From an uncultured Gemmatimonadota bacterium (GTDB taxonomy: Bacteria; JAAXHH01): a stretch of 64,000 bases of DNA. Below, one piece after another: positions 27,823-36,248 of this stretch. The notes beneath the pieces were generated by a model. It had not been told where the DNA came from. It did no database searches and worked only from the letters and a program-made list of their open reading frames with translations. Numbering within the stretch: the first letter of the stretch is position 1; each line of letters begins with the position of its first letter. The DNA lies in NCBI GenBank assembly GCA_951812955.1, contig OX638340.1, positions 3,168,001-3,232,000 on the forward strand. Direction: 5' to 3'. Position numbers and translations under genes: made by a program.

Positions 27823-29076
27823 GTGAAAAACCGGATCATGCTGTCTAATATGAAACAAAAGGCAGATACCCGGCTGGGGCGTCTTATCGCGTTGACGGGA
27901 GCCCGTCAGACCGGCAAGACTACCCTGGTACAGGCCGGGTTTCCGGAATACGACTTCGTTTCTCTCGAAGACCCGATCGCGCGTCCGGACTTTATCGCGC
28001 TGTCAGCGGCACAATGGCAACAACGCTATCCCAGGGTCATACTTGACGAAATCCAGAAGGCGCCGTCAATTGTCGAATCCGTTAAGGCGGTATACGACCG
28101 GTATCCCGACAACCGCGCCATCCTGCTTGGATCCAGCCAGATCCTGTTGATGGAGCAGATACGGGAGAGTCTGGCCGGGCGTGTAACGCTGCTGGAACTG
28201 TATCCGCTGACGTTACCGGAACTGCTGACCGATTCCTGGGACGATCCGGTCATGGATTCCCGCCTTGTCCGGTACCTTGAAACGGGGGATCTTGATATAC
28301 TTACATCGGGAATACCCCAGCAGAGCGCCAGGTACGCCCGGGCGGTAGACCACTTGGATCACTACCTGGAATTCGGCGGCATGCCGGTAGTATCCGATGT
28401 CACGCTGTCCCGGGAAGACAGGTACGGGTGGCTTCGGGACTACCTCCGTACATATCTCCAGCGGGATCTACGCGATCTGGCCAATCTCCGGGATCTCGTC
28501 CCCTACGTACGCATGTTGAAGGCATTGGGTGAGTTGGCTGGCGGCTTGCTGAACGTGAATGAACTGGCCCGTCTCGCTGGCGTGACGCACAGGACTATCA
28601 AACGTTTCGTCACCTACCTTGAAATCAGTTATCAGGTCATCCAGTTGCAACCGTGGTTTAGAAATCGAAGCAAACGACTGTCCAAAGCAGCGAAAATACA
28701 CTTTCTCGATCCGGGCATTCAGCGGGCTTTGCTCAACCGCAGAGGCCAGCCCACAGGAACCGAATTTGAAGGCGCCATCATTGCGGAGGTTTACAAACAG
28801 GTCAGGAACGCAAGGTTGCCCGTTGACTGTTATCATCTTCGTACGTTTGACGGACGGGAAGTCGATCTGCTGATCGAAACCGAAGCGAGCTATGTACCTA
28901 TAGAGATAAAATCCAAAGACCGTGTCTCGCATGCCGACGCGCGTCACCTGCGCCGGTTGAGCGAGATCCTGGACAAACCCGTCCTGCACGCGCTGGTGCT
29001 ATCCAACGATCCACACATCCGAAACCTGGGAGATGGCGTCACGGGACTCCCCGCGGGATGGGCGCTTTGTGGATGA
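27823..29076 (+). CDS. AAA+ ATPase of the AAA_14 / DUF4143 family.
   Basis: Walker A reads LTGARQTGKTTL. The C-terminal DUF4143-like region is ...YLRTYLQRDLRDLANLRDL.... An AT-rich promoter-like stretch lies at 27700-27820. Confidence 0.8.
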   Translation: MKNRIMLSNMKQKADTRLGRLIALTGARQTGKTTLVQAGFPEYDFVSLEDPIARPDFIALSAAQWQQRYPRVILDEIQKAPSIVESVKAVYDRYPDNRAILLGSSQILLMEQIRESLAGRVTLLELYPLTLPELLTDSWDDPVMDSRLVRYLETGDLDILTSGIPQQSARYARAVDHLDHYLEFGGMPVVSDVTLSREDRYGWLRDYLRTYLQRDLRDLANLRDLVPYVRMLKALGELAGGLLNVNELARLAGVTHRTIKRFVTYLEISYQVIQLQPWFRNRSKRLSKAAKIHFLDPGIQRALLNRRGQPTGTEFEGAIIAEVYKQVRNARLPVDCYHLRTFDGREVDLLIETEASYVPIEIKSKDRVSHADARHLRRLSEILDKPVLHALVLSNDPHIRNLGDGVTGLPAGWALCG

Positions 29077-29382
29077 CTGTGCTTCCCCTGTTGGGAATAA
29101 TGCTATTTCATCACGAGAATTTGGTGACAAGTGACACTGAAGGAATATGACGATCTAACAGAAACGGCTTGACATCATGTACATAAAGCGAAGAAGATAA
29201 CACCATGCGGCCCCGAGTCATGACGGTTCACAACGCCTTCTTCGAAAGAGACTCTATTTATGAAGATTTCAAAATGAAATCGAGTTATGAAAAGAGAGGC
29301 GCCGTGGCCAGGTATGAAGGCTGGACGCGGAGATTGAAACGAATCTGACTTGTCTGGGATTTGGGGGTAGATCCGGCCAACG

Positions 29383-29586
29383 ATGCCCAAGGTTAGAGAT
29401 GCCATGCGGTTGATAGAGGAGGATGGATGGAGGCTCGTTCGTACCAGAGGAAGCCACCGTCAGTTCAAGCATCGAGAGAAACCGGGTCGTGTGACCGTTC
29501 CTGGCAAACCAAGAGATGACCTACCGCCGGGCACTTGGAATAGCATAATGAAACAGGCGGGGCTAAAGGAGCAAGAAGAACCATGA
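29383..29586 (+). CDS. hicA: HicA-family type II toxin (mRNA interferase).
   Basis: The protein reads MRLIEEDGWRLVRTRGSHRQFKHREKPGRVTVPGKPRDDLPPGTWNSIMKQAGL, the canonical HicA/YcfA pattern. The stop overlaps the hicB start (ATGA). Confidence 0.85.
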   Translation: MPKVRDAMRLIEEDGWRLVRTRGSHRQFKHREKPGRVTVPGKPRDDLPPGTWNSIMKQAGLKEQEEP

Positions 29587-29807
29587 AGTACACCGTCGTC
29601 ATTGAGAGGACCCCGAACAACTACGCAGCCTACGTGCCGGACCTGCCCGGGTGCGTGGCCAGCGCGGGGACCCGCAAAGAAGTGTTGAAGGAAATCCGGG
29701 AAGCCATAGCGTTCCACCTCGAAGGAATGCACGAAGACGGCGAACCCATACCCGTGCCTCAGACTACGGCGGTAGTGGTGGACACTGCGGTTACGGCAGT
29801 GAGGTAA
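29583..29807 (+). CDS. hicB: HicB-family antitoxin (UPF0150).
   Basis: MKYTVVIERTPNNYAAYVPDLPGCVASAGTRKEVLKEIREAIAFHLEG is the HicB N-terminal RNase-H-like fold signature. Confidence 0.85.
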   Translation: MKYTVVIERTPNNYAAYVPDLPGCVASAGTRKEVLKEIREAIAFHLEGMHEDGEPIPVPQTTAVVVDTAVTAVR

Positions 29808-30014
29808 GAAGCTTCCAGTAAGTTACCGAAGGGGAAACAGAACGTATCGTGGACGTCCCGCAGAATCCTTCGCAAGTGCTGGTTGTGCGATGCGCATGTT
29901 TCGCGATGGTGCACGGGCGCCGCTTGCGGGCGCTGGTTTCGTGTGTGCGTAGTGTTTGGGTGCTGGCCCGAGCCCCGCTGGCCCGCACTCCGCAATCGCC
30001 CGCCCCGCTCCATC

Positions 30015-30941
30015 CTACCACGTCCTTTCCTTCAGCAGATCCCGGATAGCCTCCTTCGGGACCGGCAATTCGTCCATGCGGCCCTCCAGCCACTCCGAGA
30101 AATCCGCCTCCATCCCGTCCGTCCAACGGTCGTCGATCTGTCCGGGCGTGTATTTCCCCTCGCGAAGCCGCTGCTTGCCGAACAGGTCCCTCAGTTGGAC
30201 CAGTTCCGAAGTCTTCACCACGGTTTCGGCGAGGTGGGGCGGGATGAAGACGACCCCCTCGCGTTTGCCCAGGACCACGTCCCCTGGCATGACGGTAGCC
30301 TGGCCGATGCGCACGGCGGTGTTGACGCCCAGGAGCATGATGGTGGGCGAGGCGTAGGAAGGGTGCCAGCCCCGGACGAAACAGGCGAACTCCGGCATTT
30401 CCTCAATGCCTTCCAGGTCGCGGACCGATCCGTCGAAGACCACCCCGTTGCCTGAATTCGCGTAGATCGCCGTGGCCAGGTTGTCGCCGATGATGGGCCC
30501 CTCGTCCACCTTGCCGTAGGTATCCGCCACGTAGACGTCCCCTGGAACCAGCATGTCGATGGGCCAGGAGATCTGGTCGCCGATGCATCCGTGGGCGGCC
30601 CCCTTGGCTTCCATCACCGTGCGCATGGCCGGCCGGCGGGGCATGTACATGGCCGTCACCGCCCGGCCCACGAGCGTTTTGCCGGGGTGGGTCTGCTGCC
30701 ATCCGCCCTCGTACTGGTGTTCGTATCCCGCGCCACTCATCACGCCCCAGGCCTGGGTGATAGACACGTGCTTCATCCGCTCGATGATCGCGTCCGGCAC
30801 TTTGGGCCGGCCGTCGGGGAAGCGTTCGCCGGTCCAGTCCGGCGTGTATTCGATGAGTTCCTCGGAGGCCAGGTTCAACGGGCAGAATTTGTCGGACACG
30901 TGTACTCCTTTGTCAGGCACAGGTATTCTTTGGTCGGACAT
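30015..30941 (-). CDS. RraA-family protein (HMG/CHA aldolase / RNase E regulator-like fold).
   Basis: It has RraA-like core motifs (PGDVYVADTYG..., IIGDNLATAIYANSGNGVVFDGSVRDLEGIEEM). Confidence 0.6.
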   Translation of the reverse strand: MSDQRIPVPDKGVHVSDKFCPLNLASEELIEYTPDWTGERFPDGRPKVPDAIIERMKHVSITQAWGVMSGAGYEHQYEGGWQQTHPGKTLVGRAVTAMYMPRRPAMRTVMEAKGAAHGCIGDQISWPIDMLVPGDVYVADTYGKVDEGPIIGDNLATAIYANSGNGVVFDGSVRDLEGIEEMPEFACFVRGWHPSYASPTIMLLGVNTAVRIGQATVMPGDVVLGKREGVVFIPPHLAETVVKTSELVQLRDLFGKQRLREGKYTPGQIDDRWTDGMEADFSEWLEGRMDELPVPKEAIRDLLKERTW

Positions 30942-31000
30942 GGGTACTCCTTCGGATTTGGCGCCGGCGCCTGCACGCTATGACGTACCGGTGTAACTGC

Positions 31001-31780
31001 TCATTCGAACTGCCCATGGTCCCACTGCCGAAAAAAGAGACGTACGTCCCTGTTTTCCACGGCGAGCGCCCCGATGTAGTCCGGGCCGGGGTCGATGTTT
31101 GTCATGGTCCAGCGTTGCGCGTAGTAAACGTCCCAGCGCGTGGCCAGTAATTCGGCCGGACCGTTGGGATCGACGGTGACGTCGAACTGGTCGAGGGGAC
31201 AGGTCAGGCCCTGGCCGATGGCCTTGACGAAGGCTTCCTTCCGCGTCCAGCACGCGAGGAAGGCCCGGTCGCGTCGATACGGCGGCATGGCTGCCAGGGT
31301 GTTGTATTCGCGGTCGGAAAAAAAGCGGTACGCGATCCTGAGCCGGTCTACGATCTTGCGCCGGTACAGGTATTCCACGTCGACGCCCACGGATTGGTCC
31401 GATGTCAGCGCGTAAACGGCCAGGTCGTGAGAATGGGAGACGTTGAACCGGATGGACGTGTGGGGATGGGCGAGGTGGGGCTTGCCGTGCTCGGCATAAC
31501 CGAAACGCAGCTCGGCCGGTGCTTCAGAAACGTACCGCGCCAGGATGTTTCTCAGGACGGCACGGGCGGTGGTGTATCGATCCCGCGCGCTGCGTACGAC
31601 GAACCGGTTCGCCCGTTCGCGTTCGTCCGGGGACAGGAAGCGTGTCAGCGCCCGGGTCTGTTCCGGCGGCAGATCGAGGGAAGCCCGCCACAGATGGACC
31701 TGGCCGGGGGCAAGCCGCCACGCCGCGTCGGAGGGCGCCGTCAGCCATAGCGCTTTATCTCTGGGTCCGTCACCGTTCAT
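31001..31780 (-). CDS. 4'-phosphopantetheinyl transferase (Sfp-type).
   Basis: It carries FNVSHSHDLAVYA and WTRKEAFVKAIGQG, the two PPTase signature motifs. Confidence 0.8.
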   Translation of the reverse strand: MNGDGPRDKALWLTAPSDAAWRLAPGQVHLWRASLDLPPEQTRALTRFLSPDERERANRFVVRSARDRYTTARAVLRNILARYVSEAPAELRFGYAEHGKPHLAHPHTSIRFNVSHSHDLAVYALTSDQSVGVDVEYLYRRKIVDRLRIAYRFFSDREYNTLAAMPPYRRDRAFLACWTRKEAFVKAIGQGLTCPLDQFDVTVDPNGPAELLATRWDVYYAQRWTMTNIDPGPDYIGALAVENRDVRLFFRQWDHGQFE

Positions 31781-33521
31781 ATACGATGTTGCCGCCGACT
31801 ACGGTCAGGTCCACCTTCGCCTCACGGATTTCCTCGGGCGGCATGGTGGTCAGGTCCCGGTCCAGGATCACGAAATCCGCGAGTTTTCCGGGTTCCAGCG
31901 AACCCTTGATGTCTTCCTCGTAGGAGGCATAGGCGGCGTCGATGGTGTAACCGCGCAACGCTTCCTCCACGGTAATCTTCTGTTCCGGTACCCATCCGTC
32001 CGGGTTCAGTTCGTCCAGCGTGCGGCGGGTAACTGCCGCGTAGATGCCCTCGATCGGCGTAGCAGGCGCCACGGACCAGTCGCTCCCCAGTGCGAGCCGC
32101 GCGTCGGTATCCAGCAGCGAGCGGAAGGCGTAGGTCGTCTTGATCCGCTCGGGGCCGATGACCTTTTCAGCCCATCTGCCGTCGTCTATGGCGTGGTAGG
32201 GCTGCATGCTGGGGATGATGTCGCGGGCGGCGAACAGCGCGATGTCGTCCGGCGCGATGTGCTGGGCGTGCTCGATACGGAAGCGTCGGTCCCGGGATCC
32301 GTTCTCCGCCGCTACGCGGTCAAAGATACCTAATTGCATCCGGATGGCCCGGTCGCCAATGGCGTGGACCATCACGTGCAGCCCCGCCTTGTCGGCCCCG
32401 GAGGTCCACGCGTACAGATCTTCCTCGGTGCTGATGAGCAGGCCCGTATCGTCCGGCGCGTCCGTAAAGGGCTCGAGGAAGGCGGCCGTGTGGGAACCCA
32501 GAGAGCCGTCCACGAAGCCCTTGAGTCCACCGAGGCGAACCCACTCGTCTCCCCGGCCGGTGGAGTCGATCCGCGCCTTGAGCCGTTGCCAGTCCCACAG
32601 CGGGATGGCGGCGTAGACGCGGGTTTTCATCCGGTCCTCGTTGCGCGCCCTTTCGAAGACTTCCACGTTGCCCCACGATCCCATGTCGTGTACCGAAGTG
32701 ACGCCCTGAGCCGCCACGTAATCCATTGCCGCGTCCAGGGCGCGGTCCTTCAACGCGTCGGGCGCATCGGGAATGACCCTGTCGACGAGGTACATCGCGT
32801 TGTCTTTAAGGATGCCCGCCGGTTCACCGTCGTCGTACCTCTCGATAGTGCCGCCGTCGACCTCCTCCGTTTCCCGCGTCACGCCCGCGGCGGACAGCGC
32901 GGCCGTATTGGCCAGGGCCATGTGCCCATCGAGCCGGTTGACCCATACCGGGTTGTCCGTCGTCACCGAATCGATCCAGTCTCGGCGGGGAAGCTCTCCG
33001 CCCCATTGCTCGTGGTCCCAGTCGCCGCCGAGGATCCAGACACCCGGTTCGAGGTCCCTTGCGAATTCGGCGATTCGATCGATGAACACCTGCGGGGTCG
33101 GCGCGTCTCTCAACTGGACTGAGGAAAGGTTGAACCCACCCGATATGAAGTGCACATGGGAGTCGATAAAGCCCGGGGTGACGAGGCGGCCGCCGCCTTC
33201 GATCACGGACGTCTCGCCAGAGATATGCGCTTCGATCTCCTCGTTGTCACCCACAGCCAGGATTCGGCCGCCTGACACGGCCACGGCCTCGGTCCAGGGC
33301 AGGTCCGCCCGACCGGTCCACACGCGGGCGTCCCGGACGACCAGGGAGGCCGGCTCGTTCAGGGAGGCCGTCTCGTTGGAATCCGCACAACCCGTGGCGA
33401 TAACAGCTGTCGTGGCGGTAACAATTGTCACGACCGTCACGGCTGTCGCGGCCAACTCGTCCGTCGCGCCGGTCCAGCGCCGCGAAAGCATCACTAAAGT
33501 TGCAAAGACACGTCTCATCAT
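31770..33521 (-). CDS. Amidohydrolase-family metal-dependent hydrolase (Amidohydro_3-like), probably lipoprotein-anchored.
   Basis: It has a signal/lipobox-like N-terminus (…AVIATGCADS) and PGFIDSHVHFISGG (the HxH metal site). Confidence 0.75.
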   Translation of the reverse strand: MMRRVFATLVMLSRRWTGATDELAATAVTVVTIVTATTAVIATGCADSNETASLNEPASLVVRDARVWTGRADLPWTEAVAVSGGRILAVGDNEEIEAHISGETSVIEGGGRLVTPGFIDSHVHFISGGFNLSSVQLRDAPTPQVFIDRIAEFARDLEPGVWILGGDWDHEQWGGELPRRDWIDSVTTDNPVWVNRLDGHMALANTAALSAAGVTRETEEVDGGTIERYDDGEPAGILKDNAMYLVDRVIPDAPDALKDRALDAAMDYVAAQGVTSVHDMGSWGNVEVFERARNEDRMKTRVYAAIPLWDWQRLKARIDSTGRGDEWVRLGGLKGFVDGSLGSHTAAFLEPFTDAPDDTGLLISTEEDLYAWTSGADKAGLHVMVHAIGDRAIRMQLGIFDRVAAENGSRDRRFRIEHAQHIAPDDIALFAARDIIPSMQPYHAIDDGRWAEKVIGPERIKTTYAFRSLLDTDARLALGSDWSVAPATPIEGIYAAVTRRTLDELNPDGWVPEQKITVEEALRGYTIDAAYASYEEDIKGSLEPGKLADFVILDRDLTTMPPEEIREAKVDLTVVGGNIVYER

Positions 33522-33587
33522 GTGCGTTGCCTGTTCCTTTCGGGTTACCAGTCGCCGGCGCTTCGGACGATCCCCCCGGCCTCACGG

Positions 33588-34727
33588 TTACCAGTCGGCC
33601 ACGCTGCCGTCCGTTTCGTAAAAGTGCTCGCCGCCCAGTTCTTCCTGGTACGGCACCCGGTTGCTTACGGCCTTCTCGTCGATCTCGATCCCCAGCCCCG
33701 GCTTGTCTGGCAGTTCGATATGGCCGTCGACGACCTGCCAGTTTTGTTTCAGTATATCCGCACCGAGCGCCCAGTCGACCTGCTCCTGGGCCAGGAAATT
33801 CGGAATCACGGCGTCCACGTGCATGCAAGAGGTGAAGGCCACGGGACCGATGGCGCAATGGGGGAGGACATGGATGTAATACGTCTCCGCCATGTTGGCG
33901 ATCTTCTTGAGTTCCGTGATGCCGCCGGCGTGGGATCCGTCGGGCTGGATGTAGGCTGCGGCCTGTTTTTCGAAGACCTGGCGAAACTCCCATCGGCTTA
34001 ACAACCGTTCCCCCGTGGCGATGGGAAAGGTGACGTGGTCCGAGACGAGCTTAAGGGCGTCCACGTTTTCCTGCGGCACCGGTTCTTCCACGAACATGGG
34101 CCGCATGTCCTTGATCTCGTGGCAGATCTCGATGGCCAGGGCGGGCGTCATCTTGCCGTGGAAATCGAAGGCCAGTTCCACTTCCGGTCCCACCCATTCC
34201 CGCATGAGGAAGGCGCATTCAACAAAGTGGTCGATGACGGCCGGCGGTTCGTGACCGCGCCACTTGCCGCCGGGGCCGGACTTGAAGGCCGTATACCCGC
34301 TTTCAAGCAGCAGGTCCAGCCGCTCCCGCGCCGCGGCCAGGCTTTCCTCGGCCAGGCTGCCAATGCCCCAGTGTGCGTAGACGCGGATGCGGTCCCGGAC
34401 TGCGCCTCCCAGCAGCTTGTAGACGGGAACACCGTAGTGTTTGCCGGCGATATCCCAGAGCGCCTGGTCCAGGGCGGACAAGGCGGTCATGAGGATGGCG
34501 CCGCCCCGGAAGAAGGCCGAGCGGTACATGTGCTGCCAATGATGTTCTATGCGCAGCGGGTCCTTGCCAACAAGGTAGTCCGCGAGTTCCCGTACCGCAC
34601 CTTCCACGCTTTCGGGCTTCCCTTCAAGCGTGGATTCACCCCAGCCGGATAGGCCCGTGTCCGTGGTGATCTTGACGAGCCGGGCCCGGTGGCGGGGGAA
34701 GAACTGTTCGACTGATGCGATTTTCAT
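33588..34727 (-). CDS. dgoD: Enolase-superfamily dehydratase, D-galactonate dehydratase (DgoD)-like.
   Basis: It is similar along its length to E. coli DgoD as I recall it, and carries the Mg ligands of the mandelate racemase / muconate lactonizing enzyme (MR/MLE) family. The protein reads MKIASVEQFFP...ITTDTGLSGWGESTLEGKPESVEGAV...MYRSAFFRGGAILM...QALWDIAGKHYGVPVYKLLGG. Confidence 0.8.
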   Translation of the reverse strand: MKIASVEQFFPRHRARLVKITTDTGLSGWGESTLEGKPESVEGAVRELADYLVGKDPLRIEHHWQHMYRSAFFRGGAILMTALSALDQALWDIAGKHYGVPVYKLLGGAVRDRIRVYAHWGIGSLAEESLAAARERLDLLLESGYTAFKSGPGGKWRGHEPPAVIDHFVECAFLMREWVGPEVELAFDFHGKMTPALAIEICHEIKDMRPMFVEEPVPQENVDALKLVSDHVTFPIATGERLLSRWEFRQVFEKQAAAYIQPDGSHAGGITELKKIANMAETYYIHVLPHCAIGPVAFTSCMHVDAVIPNFLAQEQVDWALGADILKQNWQVVDGHIELPDKPGLGIEIDEKAVSNRVPYQEELGGEHFYETDGSVADW

Positions 34728-34837
34728 GGCAACCTCGCAAGCCGGGAGCGTCCCCGTTTTAAGGGAATGGTCGACGGTTCGGATCGATCGGGGCCCCGGT
34801 CATCGACCGGGCCGGTGGACGCGGAAGAAGGCACGGA

Positions 34838-35539
34838 TCATCTGCCGAAGAGCTGCTGCGGATCGATGGGTTCGATGGCATAACCGGCCGGGACGACGAA
34901 TATCGACGGGTCGACGGTATGGGGATTCACCTCGGTAGCCGTCAGGGTCATGGTCATGGCCGTACCGGGGAACGACGTAGAGATCTTAAGCGGAAAGCCG
35001 GAGAGTCCCTCGGTCCAGAAGGGCATGCTGTCCTTCAAGGCGCCCCCGAGGGAAGCGGCCAGATCCAGTTGAATCGCGTCGGTGACCCATATGTACTGTG
35101 TCATCGCGCCGGAAGGATTGGTACGTGTGATCTTGTATTTTCTGCATTCGTAGCCGGCTATGGTGATGGTTTCGTTTTCTTCTGCAATGACCGGTTTTAC
35201 CCGTTCTTTCAAATTCGGGTCCGCAACGATCTCGTAGGCCTTGCTGTTCATATGGCTGATGACGTAGCCCCGGCCCGTCGACCCGTCGATCACGACTTCG
35301 CCCATCGTCAGGCCAATCATGCCGCCCCGCATGACGATCTTCGTCTGCCCTTCCTTGATGTAGAGCCTGTATGACTCGGGCACCAGCATGGTAACCTGGG
35401 CGCGGTCCTGTATGTCGCCGCCGCTGAAGGCCACGTTGAAATGAAGACTGCCCTCGAAGGCGTTTTCTGCCGGTTGGGCTGTTGCGTGAGATGCCAGGAG
35501 GGAGCCCAGCAGCACTAAGATTGCCGCGTATCTTGTCAC
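34838..35539 (-). CDS. Secreted hypothetical protein (DUF4412-like).
   Basis: It has a signal peptide MTRYAAILVLLGSLLASHATAQP and no catalytic motifs I recognise. Confidence 0.5.
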   Translation of the reverse strand: MTRYAAILVLLGSLLASHATAQPAENAFEGSLHFNVAFSGGDIQDRAQVTMLVPESYRLYIKEGQTKIVMRGGMIGLTMGEVVIDGSTGRGYVISHMNSKAYEIVADPNLKERVKPVIAEENETITIAGYECRKYKITRTNPSGAMTQYIWVTDAIQLDLAASLGGALKDSMPFWTEGLSGFPLKISTSFPGTAMTMTLTATEVNPHTVDPSIFVVPAGYAIEPIDPQQLFGR

Positions 35540-35585
35540 GTCTGTCTGGCCCCGTCAGGTTCGAGGTTTGTGAAAAGCGGGATGC

Positions 35586-35957
35586 CTACTCTTCGGATAT
35601 GATGGTGAGCTCACCGGCGTGGCAGGTGTAGCAGGTTACGGGCTGCAGGTCTTCCTTGTTCATCACGTTCTCATTGATCGCCGCTACCTGCTCGTTGAGT
35701 TGCTCTACGAGACGAATGAATTCACGGCCGATCAGTTTGGTTTCCTTTTCGTCGCTTGGATAGTCTTTCAAATTGTGACAGTAGTCGCATTTTTCCCCGA
35801 TGCCGCTGCTGACCGTTTTCATGTAGTCTCGGATTTCGCGGGTGGAGAGATCCGTCAGGACCTGGACGTTCTTGGGCGCACGCTGGGCGTCTACGGTTGC
35901 GTCGACCAGGACCGTCATAACGAAACACGCGGCAATCACCGGTATGATCCGTTTCAT
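35586..35957 (-). CDS. Small diheme c-type cytochrome.
   Basis: A signal peptide MKRIIPVIAACFVMTVLVDA is followed by two CxxCH haem motifs (KCDYCHN and TCYTCHA). I chose the internal Met start at 35957. Confidence 0.7.
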   Translation of the reverse strand: MKRIIPVIAACFVMTVLVDATVDAQRAPKNVQVLTDLSTREIRDYMKTVSSGIGEKCDYCHNLKDYPSDEKETKLIGREFIRLVEQLNEQVAAINENVMNKEDLQPVTCYTCHAGELTIISEE

Positions 35958-36248
35958 CGCGATTCCTTTCCTCGTGGGCATTTGGGTATTGATTCGTGTC
36001 GCCTGGACGGTTTTCGTACGACCGGCGGTTGAGGAAACTTAGATATGCGCCGCCGCGCTGTCAAGGCCTTTAAGGTCCGTAGTCCCATGGCACCGGCCCT
36101 ATTTGTATTGACAGTTCCAGTCGTTTACCGTTTCAATATTTGTTGTCCGGTCCGGTGCCGGAGATGTCTCCCGGGGTTCTTCCCCGGTGCGGTATGACGC
36201 GGCCGGACCGCCGCTTTCCGTCGTTTTAAACCCTTCCTGGTATCCGCC

